Part shown: piece after piece, positions 26,889 through 37,109 of the stretch | Layout: the number at the start of each line of letters is the position of its first letter | How positions within the stretch are numbered: position 1 is the first letter of the stretch | From: Escherichia phage phiKT | DNA length: 42,608 bases | Sequence record: JN882298 | Reading direction: 5' to 3' (one strand) | Position numbers and translations under genes: made by a program | The notes under the pieces: model-generated | Database searches by the model: none | What the model saw: the letters and a program-made list of their open reading frames with translations, nothing else | What the model was told of the DNA's origin: nothing

Positions 26889-29800
26889 ATGAACTATACA
26901 GAACTTCGTGGTAAAACCTCCGACGAAATCTTTGAGGCTGTTGCCAAAGACACGGGGGTTCCTACTCAACTGCTGAAGAACATGTGGCAGGTAGAATCTG
27001 GTGGTGGACAGAATATGAAGTCCCCCGCAGGTGCTGTCGGCCACATGCAAATTATGCCGCGCGAATTGGGCGTAATGCGTAAGACCTATGGTGAAGACCT
27101 CGACCCTATGAATTTGGCTGACTCGGTGTTTATGGCCGGGAAGATGCTCAAAGAAAACATGCAGCACTTTGGGAACATCCCCGATGCTGTATCCGCCTAC
27201 AACGGCGGGTGGACTAAATCCAAATGGAGTAACCCAGAGACTTCGGCATACACCCCGAAGGTTCTCGCCGGAACAGGAATTACTTTCGATGCACAAGGCA
27301 CCCCGCACGTCGAGCAACCCTACACAACGAGCCGTGCTCAGATTGATTCGGTTCGTCCTGAACCTGTTGTTCAAGCGAAAACCTACTTAAATTCTGTAGA
27401 GAAGAACGCTATTGAACAGCAGATGTACAATAAGCAGCTTCAGGGTACTGACACCAATGAAGTTGTTAATGAGGCTGTTCAATTAAGTTTTAACCCGGAG
27501 GCTGCATTCGGTCTGGCTGATAGCCTATCCACTACACCTCCGGCAACCTCCTATGACAGCGCCGACCAAGCCATCGCCCTTGATGTGCAGGCGTCAGTCA
27601 AAGAGGCCACCCGTATTGCGAACACTACTGCCGGAGATGCCTTCTCCGCAGGATTACAGCTATACACACTGTCAGGCACTGCTATGGAGGCGATGGCTAA
27701 TACCACCGCCGACATCATGGACAAGCGTCAGCAGGTGGACCGGGAGTGGATACGGAAGTACGAGGCAGAGCGTGAGCAGATGATTAAGGGTCTGTCTCCG
27801 TATGCTGTTACTCAACTGGACCAAGCCATTAACGCGCAGGAAGCGAAGGCCATTGTGGACCGTGATAAGCGTGACCAAGTGGCCCAACAGACCCTGAATG
27901 ATTCTGGTCATCCAATCCTCTGGGGCTTAGCCGCAGGTATTCTTGACCCGGCTGGCTGGGTTGTTGGTGGGGGTGTAGGCAAGGCATTTATGCTTGGTAA
28001 AAGCGTCAGCATGGCTGCTCGCATGGGTAAGTTGGCCGCAGGTAACGCCGCAGGTAACGTGGCCGTTACTGGTGCTATGGATTTGTTGGGTGGCCAGATT
28101 ACCCCTGACGACTATATCCATGCCGCTGCCTTTGGTTTGGCTACTGGTGCCGCTTTGGGAGCATTCTCTCGTGGCGACCGGGCGGCTATACAGCAGGCAG
28201 CAGCCGACATGCACGAAGCCGCAGCAGCACGTACCCAGACGTTCGTGGAACGCGCGGCGAAAGAGCACTACAAAATGTACGCTGGTGTGGACCCGTTCGA
28301 AGCCACTGACCCAAATGCAATCGTACAGCTTCATCGTGGGAACACTGACCCTAGTAATGGTCCGGTGTGGTGGACTACCGACCGGGCTAAGGCCGCTGGG
28401 GATGGGGATGTTGACAGTATCTGGGTACGGGCCTCCGATATACAAACTAAGGGGGTGGCTGGTCCTAACGGCCCTGATGAAGTGGTATTCCAGACTGACC
28501 CGCGTTCGTTTGCTGTAGGCGGACCGAGTGCTGAGGATTTGGCCCAGACAGCAGCTAAGATGTCCGAGCGTGAGGTTATGGATGTTGTTGACCAAGTGCT
28601 AACCCAACCTACTGCTGAATCCAAAGTATTCCAGCCACGGGACATTGACCCGGTAGAGACTGGTCGTATACAGCAGCAGTACAGTCTGGATAGTGTGGCC
28701 GATGAGCATCGCTTGTCATCCATCAACTCCCTGTACAAATCGGCTGAAGACTTCCTCGCTGCCAACAAGGATAAGCTCCGCCATATGGCCATTGCCAACC
28801 AAAAGCGTCGGACCATCTCCGATACCCTCGGCTGGCGGTCTGCTGGTAACGAACTTATTACCGATGACAACCCTCTGGCGAAGATTTTGGGCATGGTGGT
28901 AGCTGAGGATGCTGCGGGTGTTTCCGGTGTTCGTGGGGTTACTGTGGCGATTAAATCTCGCTTACTGAACAACCACGTTAACCTGAACATTGAGCGCGGT
29001 ATCCACGAGAACTACACCGCTTGGCTCAAGGATAAGGGCGTTGGTCGCGTTAAAGGTGCTTTAGAAACCTACACCACCGGGAAGAACATTACCGAGTTCT
29101 ATGCACAGGTTGCAGCAGAGATGCGTAACCGGGCCAATCCGATGTTCGTGTCTACTGCACCGCGTTCCGTACAGCGAGCAGCCAACGTATTGGAAGATGG
29201 GTTCCAGCGTATGGGTGACTTGCAGCGTAAGGCTAAGACTCTGGGGCACGAGTTCATACCAACCAGTTCCCGTGGCTACCTGCCGCAACAACTGAATGGT
29301 AAAGCATTCGCTGCCTTGTCCGGTGCTGAGAAGCGACAGGTACAGCAAGAGTTCATCCGTCAGGCTACCCGTGATTTTGGGTGGGATACAGAGTTCGCCT
29401 CTAAGAAGGTGGCCGAGTACATGAACCGTGCTGAGGATGCTGCTACGCCTGCTGGCCGGATGAATCCATCTGCTGGTAAAGACCTGATGGGTGTTCTGAT
29501 GGAAGAATTGGATAACCCTAATCTGGCTCCTGACCAGTACATGCAGATTCTTGAGCGTCTCCGTTCTGGTGCTGCAAAGCATACCAGCAAACGTCTTGAT
29601 TGGGATTTGAACGCGACTATCCGTATGGATAACGGTGACATGATTCCTCTGTCCTCCCTGTACAATAACGACGTCCTGTCGCTGTACAAAGGATACGCCA
29701 ACCGGGTGTCCGGTGACGTAGCATTCGCCCATGTAGGAATTTATGGCGACCGTGACATCCGTATGATTACCGAGGCACTACAAAGGAGCAAAGTTGGCGA

Positions 29801-31091
29801 CCCTACGAAAACCATCCCGGCTTGGCAGCAAATCGTCAACGAAGTTTACCAGCGCCCTACTGCCATTGACGCTGGTGGTAATCTCTCCACTTCTGCTCGT
29901 TTTATTCGTCAGTATACTGGCGTCCGTCTTCTTGGCGGCGTAGGCTTTGCGCAGATGGCAGAACTGTCTAACACCATCGCTCACTTGGGCGTAGGTACGT
30001 TTATGAAGTTCCTCCCATCCGTTCCGCGTCTACTGAAAGAGACAAAGATGCTCAAGGCTGGTCAGATACCAGAGAACAGTGTTATGTGGTCTGTAGACTC
30101 CATAGCAGGTTCTCCGTTAGGTGTAGAGCAGTTCCAGATGGTAATGCCACAGGTTATTGATGAGGGTCTGTCCATTGTTGACCAGCGTTCATTCAATACT
30201 GTGATGCGTGCTATGGGTGGTGCTCAGTTGCTGCACAACAAGTTCTCCTTCATGCGTGCTGTAACGGCGGTGGAGCAGCGTTTCGTTGGTGATGAAATCG
30301 TCAAAAAGGCTATGCGCTATATGCGTGATGGTACGGATGACGTGGCTTTACGTGAGATGGGTATCACACCAGAACTGGCGGCTAAGTTCCGTGCAGAGAT
30401 GGGGAACATTGCCGAGTTCACTGAGAGCGGTCACCTGAAGGCGTTGAACCTCTACCATATGAAGGATATGGATGCTGTGGCGGAGTTCATTACGGCGGTA
30501 CGTCGTGGGACCGGGCAAATCATTCAGGATACCTTCCCCGGCGAGACTGGTAAGTGGATGCGTTCTGAGATTGGTCAGTTGCTGATGCAGTTCCGTAAGT
30601 TCCCTTCCGTAGCCATTGAGAAGCAGTACATGCGTCAGTACGGTAAGTTTGGGTTCACCAAGGCTCTGGGTGGCACATTGGCTGCTATGGGTATTGGCAC
30701 CTTACTTTACTACGGTCGTGCTATGGTTGCTGCCTCCTTGCTCGGAGAGAGTGAGCGTGAGAAGTTCTTAGAAACCCGTCTGTCCCCAGCATCCGTAGCG
30801 GGAGGGGCGTTGATGTACGTATCCAACTTGGGTATGCTCAACGACTTCATGCAGCTTGGTAGTGGTGTCGGGAACATGCTGGACGACTCTATGGACTTAG
30901 GCTGGACCCACGGACGCGGTATCCCGGCACAAGGTATCGGTGGGGTAATCCCATCCCTTGGTACGCTGAGCGATACCTACAACCTGACTCAACAGCCTTC
31001 TGTGAACGGTGCGTTGAAACTACTCCCATTCACAAACTTACCTATGGTTCTTCCGGTAATCAATGCAATCAAGCATTCGGATGACGACTAA
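26889..31091 (+). CDS. Internal virion protein C with N-terminal lytic transglycosylase domain
   Basis: 1400 aa; N-terminal SLT-like motifs (WQVESGGG ... GAVGHMQIMP); position and size as T7 gp16. Confidence 0.8.
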   Translation: MNYTELRGKTSDEIFEAVAKDTGVPTQLLKNMWQVESGGGQNMKSPAGAVGHMQIMPRELGVMRKTYGEDLDPMNLADSVFMAGKMLKENMQHFGNIPDAVSAYNGGWTKSKWSNPETSAYTPKVLAGTGITFDAQGTPHVEQPYTTSRAQIDSVRPEPVVQAKTYLNSVEKNAIEQQMYNKQLQGTDTNEVVNEAVQLSFNPEAAFGLADSLSTTPPATSYDSADQAIALDVQASVKEATRIANTTAGDAFSAGLQLYTLSGTAMEAMANTTADIMDKRQQVDREWIRKYEAEREQMIKGLSPYAVTQLDQAINAQEAKAIVDRDKRDQVAQQTLNDSGHPILWGLAAGILDPAGWVVGGGVGKAFMLGKSVSMAARMGKLAAGNAAGNVAVTGAMDLLGGQITPDDYIHAAAFGLATGAALGAFSRGDRAAIQQAAADMHEAAAARTQTFVERAAKEHYKMYAGVDPFEATDPNAIVQLHRGNTDPSNGPVWWTTDRAKAAGDGDVDSIWVRASDIQTKGVAGPNGPDEVVFQTDPRSFAVGGPSAEDLAQTAAKMSEREVMDVVDQVLTQPTAESKVFQPRDIDPVETGRIQQQYSLDSVADEHRLSSINSLYKSAEDFLAANKDKLRHMAIANQKRRTISDTLGWRSAGNELITDDNPLAKILGMVVAEDAAGVSGVRGVTVAIKSRLLNNHVNLNIERGIHENYTAWLKDKGVGRVKGALETYTTGKNITEFYAQVAAEMRNRANPMFVSTAPRSVQRAANVLEDGFQRMGDLQRKAKTLGHEFIPTSSRGYLPQQLNGKAFAALSGAEKRQVQQEFIRQATRDFGWDTEFASKKVAEYMNRAEDAATPAGRMNPSAGKDLMGVLMEELDNPNLAPDQYMQILERLRSGAAKHTSKRLDWDLNATIRMDNGDMIPLSSLYNNDVLSLYKGYANRVSGDVAFAHVGIYGDRDIRMITEALQRSKVGDPTKTIPAWQQIVNEVYQRPTAIDAGGNLSTSARFIRQYTGVRLLGGVGFAQMAELSNTIAHLGVGTFMKFLPSVPRLLKETKMLKAGQIPENSVMWSVDSIAGSPLGVEQFQMVMPQVIDEGLSIVDQRSFNTVMRAMGGAQLLHNKFSFMRAVTAVEQRFVGDEIVKKAMRYMRDGTDDVALREMGITPELAAKFRAEMGNIAEFTESGHLKALNLYHMKDMDAVAEFITAVRRGTGQIIQDTFPGETGKWMRSEIGQLLMQFRKFPSVAIEKQYMRQYGKFGFTKALGGTLAAMGIGTLLYYGRAMVAASLLGESEREKFLETRLSPASVAGGALMYVSNLGMLNDFMQLGSGVGNMLDDSMDLGWTHGRGIPAQGIGGVIPSLGTLSDTYNLTQQPSVNGALKLLPFTNLPMVLPVINAIKHSDDD

Positions 31092-31093
31092 AT

Positions 31094-31122
31094 GGTGGGC
31101 TTCGGCCCACCTCTATTTTATT
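31094..31122 (+). terminator. Rho-independent terminator/attenuator before the tail fiber gene
   Basis: 7-bp stem ggtgggc/gcccacc with ttcg loop followed by tctattttatt. Confidence 0.6.
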
Positions 31123-31132
31123 GGAGATTTTG

Positions 31133-33916
31133 ATGGCTATTACGTTTTATGCTACCAACAACTTCACTGGTGATGGTACTACCGTAAACTGGAATATTAA
31201 CTTCGCAGACGGTTACATCGACACCACCGACGTGAAGGCGCGGTATCTGGATAATACCGGGAGCTACGTTGACATCGCTATTTCAAGCGTGGCAGGAAAC
31301 GTAGTAACCATTTCCCCGGCTGTGGCGGACGGTCAGGAGTTCCAAATCTATCGTGATACAGAGAAGCGGTTCCCGCTGGTGGACTTCTCTGACGGTGCAA
31401 TCCTCAACGAGACTAACCTTGACACGCTGGCTACCCAGGCTGTGATGGTATCCGCTGAGGCATTCGACCAATCTAACAACGGTGTACGTATTGCTGGTGA
31501 TTCCTTGACTATCGCGCAAGGTATCGACGCCAAGGCACAGCTGGCTCTGGACAACTCCGAGGCTGCTGTAGCTACAGCGAACGGTATCGACGGTAAAGCG
31601 CAGACGGCATTGAATACCGCCGCCGCCGCTGTCGCCACGGCTAATGCTGCCACATCTACTGCTGCTGGTGCTGTATCTACGGCCAACACCGCACTGTCTA
31701 CTGCCAACGATGCCGCCGATGACGCAGCTACCGCTGTCACTACCGCTAACGCCGCTGTGACTACGGCCAATGCTGCAACCACTACGGCCAACGCCGCTAG
31801 TGCTGCCGCCTCTGCTGCAACGACTACTGCGAACAATGCTGCAAACGACGCTGCTACTGCTGTGTCTACTGCGAATACGGCCTTGTCTACTGCGAACACC
31901 GCATCTACCAACGCCTCTACCGCTGTGTCCACGGCTAACGCCGCTAAGGCTACTGCTGAGGGTATCGAGGCTAAAGCGGATTCTGCTTTGGCAGCTTCTG
32001 CTAACGCTGTGACCACAGCTAACGCAGCTGAGGCTACGGCTAATGCTATCGACGGTAAGGCTACGGACGCACTAAACACTGCTGATGCCGCTGAGGCTAC
32101 GGCTAATACTGCCGCTGCTACTGCGAGTTCGGCTGCTGCTGACGCCAGTACCGCTTTGAGCACAGTTACTGCTGCTGACACAAAGGCACAGACTGCTCTG
32201 GATAATATCGCGTCTCTGGATGCGGCCACCATGAAGAAAGCAGCTAACCTGTCTGATATTGCGGATAAGGCGGCTGCATGGCTTAACGTCCGTCCAATTG
32301 GCTCCACGCCATTGGCAGGCGACCCGGTAGGTGACTACGATGCTGTTACTAAGCGTTGGGTAGAGAACCTGATTAACACAGGTACTGTTGGTCCGACCAT
32401 GAATGGTGTGATGAACTACGGCGTTGGTGATTTTCATCTTCGTGATAGTCGCGCATACATTCAGCCGTATGAGGTTGTATCCGACGGTCAATTACTGAAC
32501 CGCGCTGATTGGCCTGAACTTTGGTCTTATGCGCAAATGTTGTCGCCCATCACCGATGCAGACTGGCTTGCTGACCCGCAAAAGCGCGGCAAGTATTCAC
32601 TAGGTAACGGCGCAACAACATTCCGCGTACCGGACCGCAACGGGGTTCAGGCAGGTTCAATAGCTGCATTGTTTGGCCGTGGTGATGGCGGGGTGTCATC
32701 TAGTGATGGGACAATTCTTGACAGTGCTGCACCAAACATTACAGGCTCATTTGGCCGATTGGTTTACGCGTCAACAGGCACTATTTATGAAGGAAACACA
32801 GGGACAGGTGCCTTCTCTGCTTTCTCACCACAAGCAAAATATAAAAAGATGTCAGACCTATCTTCAATTGATGCTCAGGCAGCGGAATATCCTTCTGGGT
32901 ATGAATTCTTCGCATCAAATTCAAGCCCGGTCTATGGTAGAGGTTCAACAGAAGTCCGACCCAAAGCATTCACTGGTGTTTGGGTGATTCGCGCATCTGG
33001 TGGATTTGTTGCTGCGAATACCCTGTGGAGTGTTATTAATGGCGATGCTACTAAACCCGCTAACAACACAAGTGTTAACGGTGGAGAGATTCAGTCTGAA
33101 TACCGTATTGGTACTCAGGTTGAAGGTAAAACATCTCTGCGATTTGTCGGTACTATCGGTCAGGCTTATGCTGCGCGCCTGAACGTATCAAATAACTCAA
33201 ATACTAATGCCTTTATCTACGATTTCGATGAGTATGGTCGGGTTAACTTCGGCAAACCGGGTGGTGTGATCAAATCTGGTGATATTACTCTGGATATGGC
33301 ATCCAACGGCGATTTCTACGTTACCACAACCCGTTTACGTGTAGAACACCCTACCTCTGGTGGTCAGACTATGGGGATATCCACTCAAGGTGGGGCCAAC
33401 CGTGGTGCTGATCAGGGGTGGTTTGAGCACTGGGGTAACTCCTATGGCGGTGGTTCTGACAAATCTCGTGCAACTGTTGTTGAACTTAAGATTGGTACTG
33501 GTTATGCGTGGTACAGTCAGAAACTAGCGAGTGGCGTATATGAAACCAGATTTGCAAGTGCAATCTATGCAACTGCATTCACTCAAAACTCTGATGAACG
33601 TATCAAGGAAAACATCGAGCGTATTAGCGATCCGTTGGAAAAGATGAAGCAAATTAAAGGTGTTTCATGGAATTTTAAAACGGTTGGTAATGCAAAAGGT
33701 TACGGCTTTATCGCACAGGATGTGGAAAGGGTACTCCCTGAAGCTGTAAGTGTCGGAGGTGGTGAACTGGAACTGACTGACGGTACTAAGGTATCCGATG
33801 TTAAATCGGTAAACACCAGCGGTGTGGCTGCTGCACTCCACCACGAAGCTATCCTAGCTTTGATGGATAAGGTTGAGGCTCTGGAAGCACGCATTGCAGA
33901 ACTAACTTCTCAGTAA
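31133..33916 (+). CDS. Tail fiber protein (T7 gp17-like anchor, Ala/Thr heptad stalk, collar-type receptor-binding region, C-terminal intramolecular chaperone)
   Basis: Track ORF 31121..33916; ATG at 31133 with GGAG RBS; N-terminus (QIYRDTEKRFPLVDFSDGAILNE) resembles the T7 gp17 anchor; tail-collar-like motif (GNGATTFRVPDRNG); last 108 aa (SDERIKENIERISD...) resemble the S74 chaperone domain. Confidence 0.8.
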   Translation: MAITFYATNNFTGDGTTVNWNINFADGYIDTTDVKARYLDNTGSYVDIAISSVAGNVVTISPAVADGQEFQIYRDTEKRFPLVDFSDGAILNETNLDTLATQAVMVSAEAFDQSNNGVRIAGDSLTIAQGIDAKAQLALDNSEAAVATANGIDGKAQTALNTAAAAVATANAATSTAAGAVSTANTALSTANDAADDAATAVTTANAAVTTANAATTTANAASAAASAATTTANNAANDAATAVSTANTALSTANTASTNASTAVSTANAAKATAEGIEAKADSALAASANAVTTANAAEATANAIDGKATDALNTADAAEATANTAAATASSAAADASTALSTVTAADTKAQTALDNIASLDAATMKKAANLSDIADKAAAWLNVRPIGSTPLAGDPVGDYDAVTKRWVENLINTGTVGPTMNGVMNYGVGDFHLRDSRAYIQPYEVVSDGQLLNRADWPELWSYAQMLSPITDADWLADPQKRGKYSLGNGATTFRVPDRNGVQAGSIAALFGRGDGGVSSSDGTILDSAAPNITGSFGRLVYASTGTIYEGNTGTGAFSAFSPQAKYKKMSDLSSIDAQAAEYPSGYEFFASNSSPVYGRGSTEVRPKAFTGVWVIRASGGFVAANTLWSVINGDATKPANNTSVNGGEIQSEYRIGTQVEGKTSLRFVGTIGQAYAARLNVSNNSNTNAFIYDFDEYGRVNFGKPGGVIKSGDITLDMASNGDFYVTTTRLRVEHPTSGGQTMGISTQGGANRGADQGWFEHWGNSYGGGSDKSRATVVELKIGTGYAWYSQKLASGVYETRFASAIYATAFTQNSDERIKENIERISDPLEKMKQIKGVSWNFKTVGNAKGYGFIAQDVERVLPEAVSVGGGELELTDGTKVSDVKSVNTSGVAAALHHEAILALMDKVEALEARIAELTSQ
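31510..32280 (+). repeat. Heptad-coded Ala/Thr repeat tract inside the tail fiber gene
   Basis: Protein shows more than 13 consecutive heptads of the form [ST]TAN.A. plus longer repeated units (ATANGIDGKAQTALNTA-like), from imperfect 21-bp DNA repeats. Confidence 0.7.
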
Positions 33917-33925
33917 GGAGAGCAG

Positions 33926-34297
33926 ATGTCCGACTTCGAAGAAGAGGATGTCACACAGGAAGAGAACGGGTCTTCGGACCTGTTCAAACCCTTAGAGACT
34001 ATCCCCGGCGCTACCGCCAACCGGGACCAGATGGCAGAGCTACACCAGCTTATCTGCATCGCCCTGTCCGCACGTATCCGGGCAGGTATCTGGTCCTCCG
34101 GCGATATTGCCGCAGCTACAAAGTTCCTGAAGGACAACAACGTCACTGCCGATGTTGGCGACAACAAGGCACTCCAGAAACTCCGCGATGAGATGGAGAC
34201 TAAGCAGAAGGCACGTCGTGAAGAACGGACGTATCTCTCTGAGCAGGAACTCGTCAAACTCGCAACGGAAGAACTGAATAACGAGATATGGCACTAA
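33926..34297 (+). CDS. Terminase small subunit
   Basis: 123 aa acidic protein immediately upstream of, and overlapping, the terminase large subunit. Confidence 0.55.
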   Translation: MSDFEEEDVTQEENGSSDLFKPLETIPGATANRDQMAELHQLICIALSARIRAGIWSSGDIAAATKFLKDNNVTADVGDNKALQKLRDEMETKQKARREERTYLSEQELVKLATEELNNEIWH

Positions 34298-36093
34298 GAG
34301 AATCAGCAGAAAGAGAAGAACAACGGCTACTTGAACTCGCAGCACTGCGGGACATGTACCCCACGTTCCTACCGTTTCTGATTGATTTCATGGTGATGCT
34401 CGGATTCTTCGTCACACCGGTACAGAAGCTCATTGCTCAATTCCTTGAGTACGGGCCTCTGTATCGGATGGTGCAGGCCCAGCGTGGTCAGGCGAAGACT
34501 ACCATCACAGCCGCATATGCAATCTGGCGACTTATCCACGATACCAACCTTGCCGTGTTGATCGTCTCGGCAGGGGGCAAGCAGGCGAACGAGATTTCAA
34601 CTCTCATCGTCCGCTCGTTCAAAACGTGGGATAGGCTGGCCTGCATGTGTCCTGACGCCTCTATGGGCGACCGTGAGTCAGTCGAAGCATTCGACGTTCA
34701 CTACAACTTAAAGAGGCTGAATAAATCTCCATCCGTGGCCTGTACTGGTATCACGGGTAACTTGCAGGGTAAACGTGCGGGTCTGCTTATCGCGGACGAC
34801 GTTGAGTCCCAGAAGAACTCCCTGACTGCGGTCATGCGTGAGAACCTCCTGAACCTGACTCGTGACTTTACCTCAATATGCTCCACCGGGGATATTATCT
34901 ACCTCGGTACACCACAGACTACAGAATCAATTTATAACACCTTGCCGGGGCGTGGCTTTACTGTCCGCATCTGGCCGGGACGTTTCCCTAACGCAGAACA
35001 GGTGGAAGCCTACGGCGACCAGCTATGCCCTGTCTTTAGGATGAAGATTGCTTCACGCCCTGACCTGACTACAGGCTACGGGCCGGATGGGCTTCAGGGT
35101 GCTCCGGTTGACCCGGTAATCCTTGGTGAAGCCTTCCTGAACAAGAAAGAGATTGACCAAGGGACTGCATACTTCCAGTTGCAGCACATGCTTCAGACGC
35201 GCCTGATGGATGCTATGCGCAAGCCATTACACGCAGAGAAGCTGATTGTGGCCCAACTGCCGAAGCGGGACGGTCTGTTCCCTATCACCATTACGCGAGA
35301 AATCTCTGTACAAGCCTACATGCGCCGAAACGTCCTGAGCAAGCCTCTGGTATTCGGTGTGCCCGGTAGCGTGTCTAAGGACGTCGCTACGCTTCAGGGC
35401 GTATGCTTCTACATCGACCCCGCTGGTGGTGGTAAGAACGCGGATGAAACTGCATTCGCTTGTACCGGGTTCCTGAACTCCAATATCTTCTTGCTGGATT
35501 GGGGCGGCTTACCGGGCGGATATGCCCCGGATGTTATGACCGCTCTCGCCCAACGTGTGTTTGAAGTGCGGCCCAATGTTGTCAAAATCGAAAAGAACTT
35601 CGGTTACGGCGTTCCGCGAAGTATGGTTGCCGTACCTCTGGGCCATTTTGATAAAGCTGGTGTTAACCGTCCCGGCGTAGAGGACGATATGGTACACGGC
35701 CAGAAGGAGAAGCGAATCATTGATACGCTTGAGCCTGTAATGGGTCGTGGCTCGCTCATTGTTGACGAGCGTCTCATCAAGGAAGACGAAGACCAGACCA
35801 TGCGGTACAGCGCACAAATGCGTGTGACGTACTCCGGGTTCCTACAGATGGTTAATATCTCCTACGACAAAGATGCGTTGGTGCATGATGACCGACTGGA
35901 TGCTTTGGAAGGAGCGGTTCGTCATTGGCAGGATTGGCTGGCCAAGAACCAAGAGAAGGCCATTCAGGCTCAACGGAAACGTGAGTTCGAAGAGTGGCAG
36001 AAAGACCCGATGATGAAGAAGCGTTGTCAGTCCGTGAAGGAATACAATGCTGGTCGTCGTGGTAAAACCATGTTTGATAAGAGAAAACGCTAA
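34288..36093 (+). CDS. Terminase large subunit
   Basis: 601 aa; ATPase P-loop-like segment (QRGQAKTT) and C-terminal nuclease-type acidic motifs; position as T7 gp19. Confidence 0.85.
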   Translation: MALRESAEREEQRLLELAALRDMYPTFLPFLIDFMVMLGFFVTPVQKLIAQFLEYGPLYRMVQAQRGQAKTTITAAYAIWRLIHDTNLAVLIVSAGGKQANEISTLIVRSFKTWDRLACMCPDASMGDRESVEAFDVHYNLKRLNKSPSVACTGITGNLQGKRAGLLIADDVESQKNSLTAVMRENLLNLTRDFTSICSTGDIIYLGTPQTTESIYNTLPGRGFTVRIWPGRFPNAEQVEAYGDQLCPVFRMKIASRPDLTTGYGPDGLQGAPVDPVILGEAFLNKKEIDQGTAYFQLQHMLQTRLMDAMRKPLHAEKLIVAQLPKRDGLFPITITREISVQAYMRRNVLSKPLVFGVPGSVSKDVATLQGVCFYIDPAGGGKNADETAFACTGFLNSNIFLLDWGGLPGGYAPDVMTALAQRVFEVRPNVVKIEKNFGYGVPRSMVAVPLGHFDKAGVNRPGVEDDMVHGQKEKRIIDTLEPVMGRGSLIVDERLIKEDEDQTMRYSAQMRVTYSGFLQMVNISYDKDALVHDDRLDALEGAVRHWQDWLAKNQEKAIQAQRKREFEEWQKDPMMKKRCQSVKEYNAGRRGKTMFDKRKR

Positions 36094-36329
36094 TGACTAT
36101 TGCTGCACAACTCCCAGACCCGAAGCTCGACGTTAAGGGCGACCGACTGCGTTTCCTGTTGGCCGCTTGTATCAGCGAGTGTAATATCCAAGCAGACAAC
36201 GGTGCGTATGATAAAGGCACCAGCTTCAAAGCCCTGCTTACTGCCGCTGCTGCACTCGTGAAGGTAGCTCCGGTAGAACCTGAAGACCCGGAAGACCCTG
36301 AAGACCCTGAAGACCCTGAAAACCCGTAA
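36093..36329 (+). CDS. Small hypothetical protein with C-terminal PEDPEDPEDPEDPENP repeat
   Basis: TAATG overlap with the terminase stop; C-terminus encoded by five tandem 9-bp units. Confidence 0.4.
   Translation: MTIAAQLPDPKLDVKGDRLRFLLAACISECNIQADNGAYDKGTSFKALLTAAAALVKVAPVEPEDPEDPEDPEDPENP
36283..36327. repeat. 5 x 9-bp tandem repeat (gaagaccc[g/t])
   Basis: Tandem units read directly in the sequence; encodes the (PED)n tail of the 36093..36329 ORF. Confidence 0.85.
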
Positions 36330-36372
36330 GAATAATACAATTGGCCAAGGACGGCTATTGAGGAACCTATTT

Positions 36373-36660
36373 ATGCGTATCGACGATATCTGCTCACCCG
36401 GTTTTGTACCTAACTCCCACCGTCTTCGTCAGGAGACTGTCCGGGCCATTGCTTTCTGTGAAACCATAGGAAGCGCTGAGAAGGCCGTAGAGCTACAGAA
36501 ATACTTTCGTGAGGCTATCGAATACCTTGACCGAGAAATTGTCTCCAGCGGCTTGCCAGAGAGCGAGAAGCCTATTGTGGATGCTGATGCTGTGTCACCA
36601 TTCGATGAGGAAGAAGTTGTGGCCGAGCCGAAACCTAAAGCCAAAGGAGGCAAGAAGTGA
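36373..36660 (+). CDS. Hypothetical acidic protein upstream of the endolysin
   Basis: Track ORF 36358..36660; ATG at 36373 with GAGGAA RBS; no transmembrane segment seen. Confidence 0.45.
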   Translation: MRIDDICSPGFVPNSHRLRQETVRAIAFCETIGSAEKAVELQKYFREAIEYLDREIVSSGLPESEKPIVDADAVSPFDEEEVVAEPKPKAKGGKK

Positions 36661-37109
36661 ATCTGACCGCAGCGGAGAAGTTAGTTCGACATTTTGAAGG
36701 TCTGAAGTTAGAAGCGTACCTGTGCCCTGCTGGTAAGTGGACTATCGGGTACGGACAGACCAAGGGTATTAAGGAAGGTATGGTGTGGACCAAGGCTCAG
36801 GCCGAAGCAGATATGTCTGCCACTGTCCGACGCTTTGCCGAAGAAGTACGTCAACTGGTCCGCAAGGATACGACCGACGCTGAACTAAGCGCATTCACTT
36901 CTCTGGCCTATAACATCGGTACTCCAAACTTTAAGACGTCCTCTGCTCTGCGTTGGCATAATGCCCGTGAGTCCGCGTCCAAGGTGTGCGCTGGTATCCG
37001 TATGTGGAACAAGGCCACCGTCAATGGTAAGAAGATTATCCTGAAGGGTCTGGTACGTCGCCGAGAGGCTGAATGCTCCGTATACACAACTGGAGACTTT
37101 AATGAGTAA
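36657..37109 (+). CDS. Endolysin, phage lysozyme (GH24 T4-lysozyme-like muramidase)
   Basis: N-terminus MNLTAAEKLVRHFEGLKLEAYLCPAGKWTIGYGQT aligns with the T4 lysozyme catalytic Glu/Asp/Thr region; GTG start overlapping the upstream stop. Confidence 0.85.
   Translation: MNLTAAEKLVRHFEGLKLEAYLCPAGKWTIGYGQTKGIKEGMVWTKAQAEADMSATVRRFAEEVRQLVRKDTTDAELSAFTSLAYNIGTPNFKTSSALRWHNARESASKVCAGIRMWNKATVNGKKIILKGLVRRREAECSVYTTGDFNE

Noticed and set aside
27927-29732. Several long minus-strand ORFs (27927..28595, 28331..28990, 29061..29732) inside the 1400-aa internal virion protein gene
   Set aside because: Antisense or alternate-frame ORFs within a long, clearly coding + strand gene; no independent support.
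31348-32307. 319-aa minus-strand ORF (Ala-rich) within the tail fiber gene
   Set aside because: Antisense to the GC-rich repetitive Ala/Thr-coding stalk of the + strand fiber gene; stop-free antisense frames are expected there. Every credible gene in the window is on the + strand.
35852-36340. 162-aa minus-strand ORF with a GSS(GSS)n stretch
   Set aside because: Antisense to the terminase 3' end and to the 9-bp PED repeat; the low-complexity translation is a repeat artefact.
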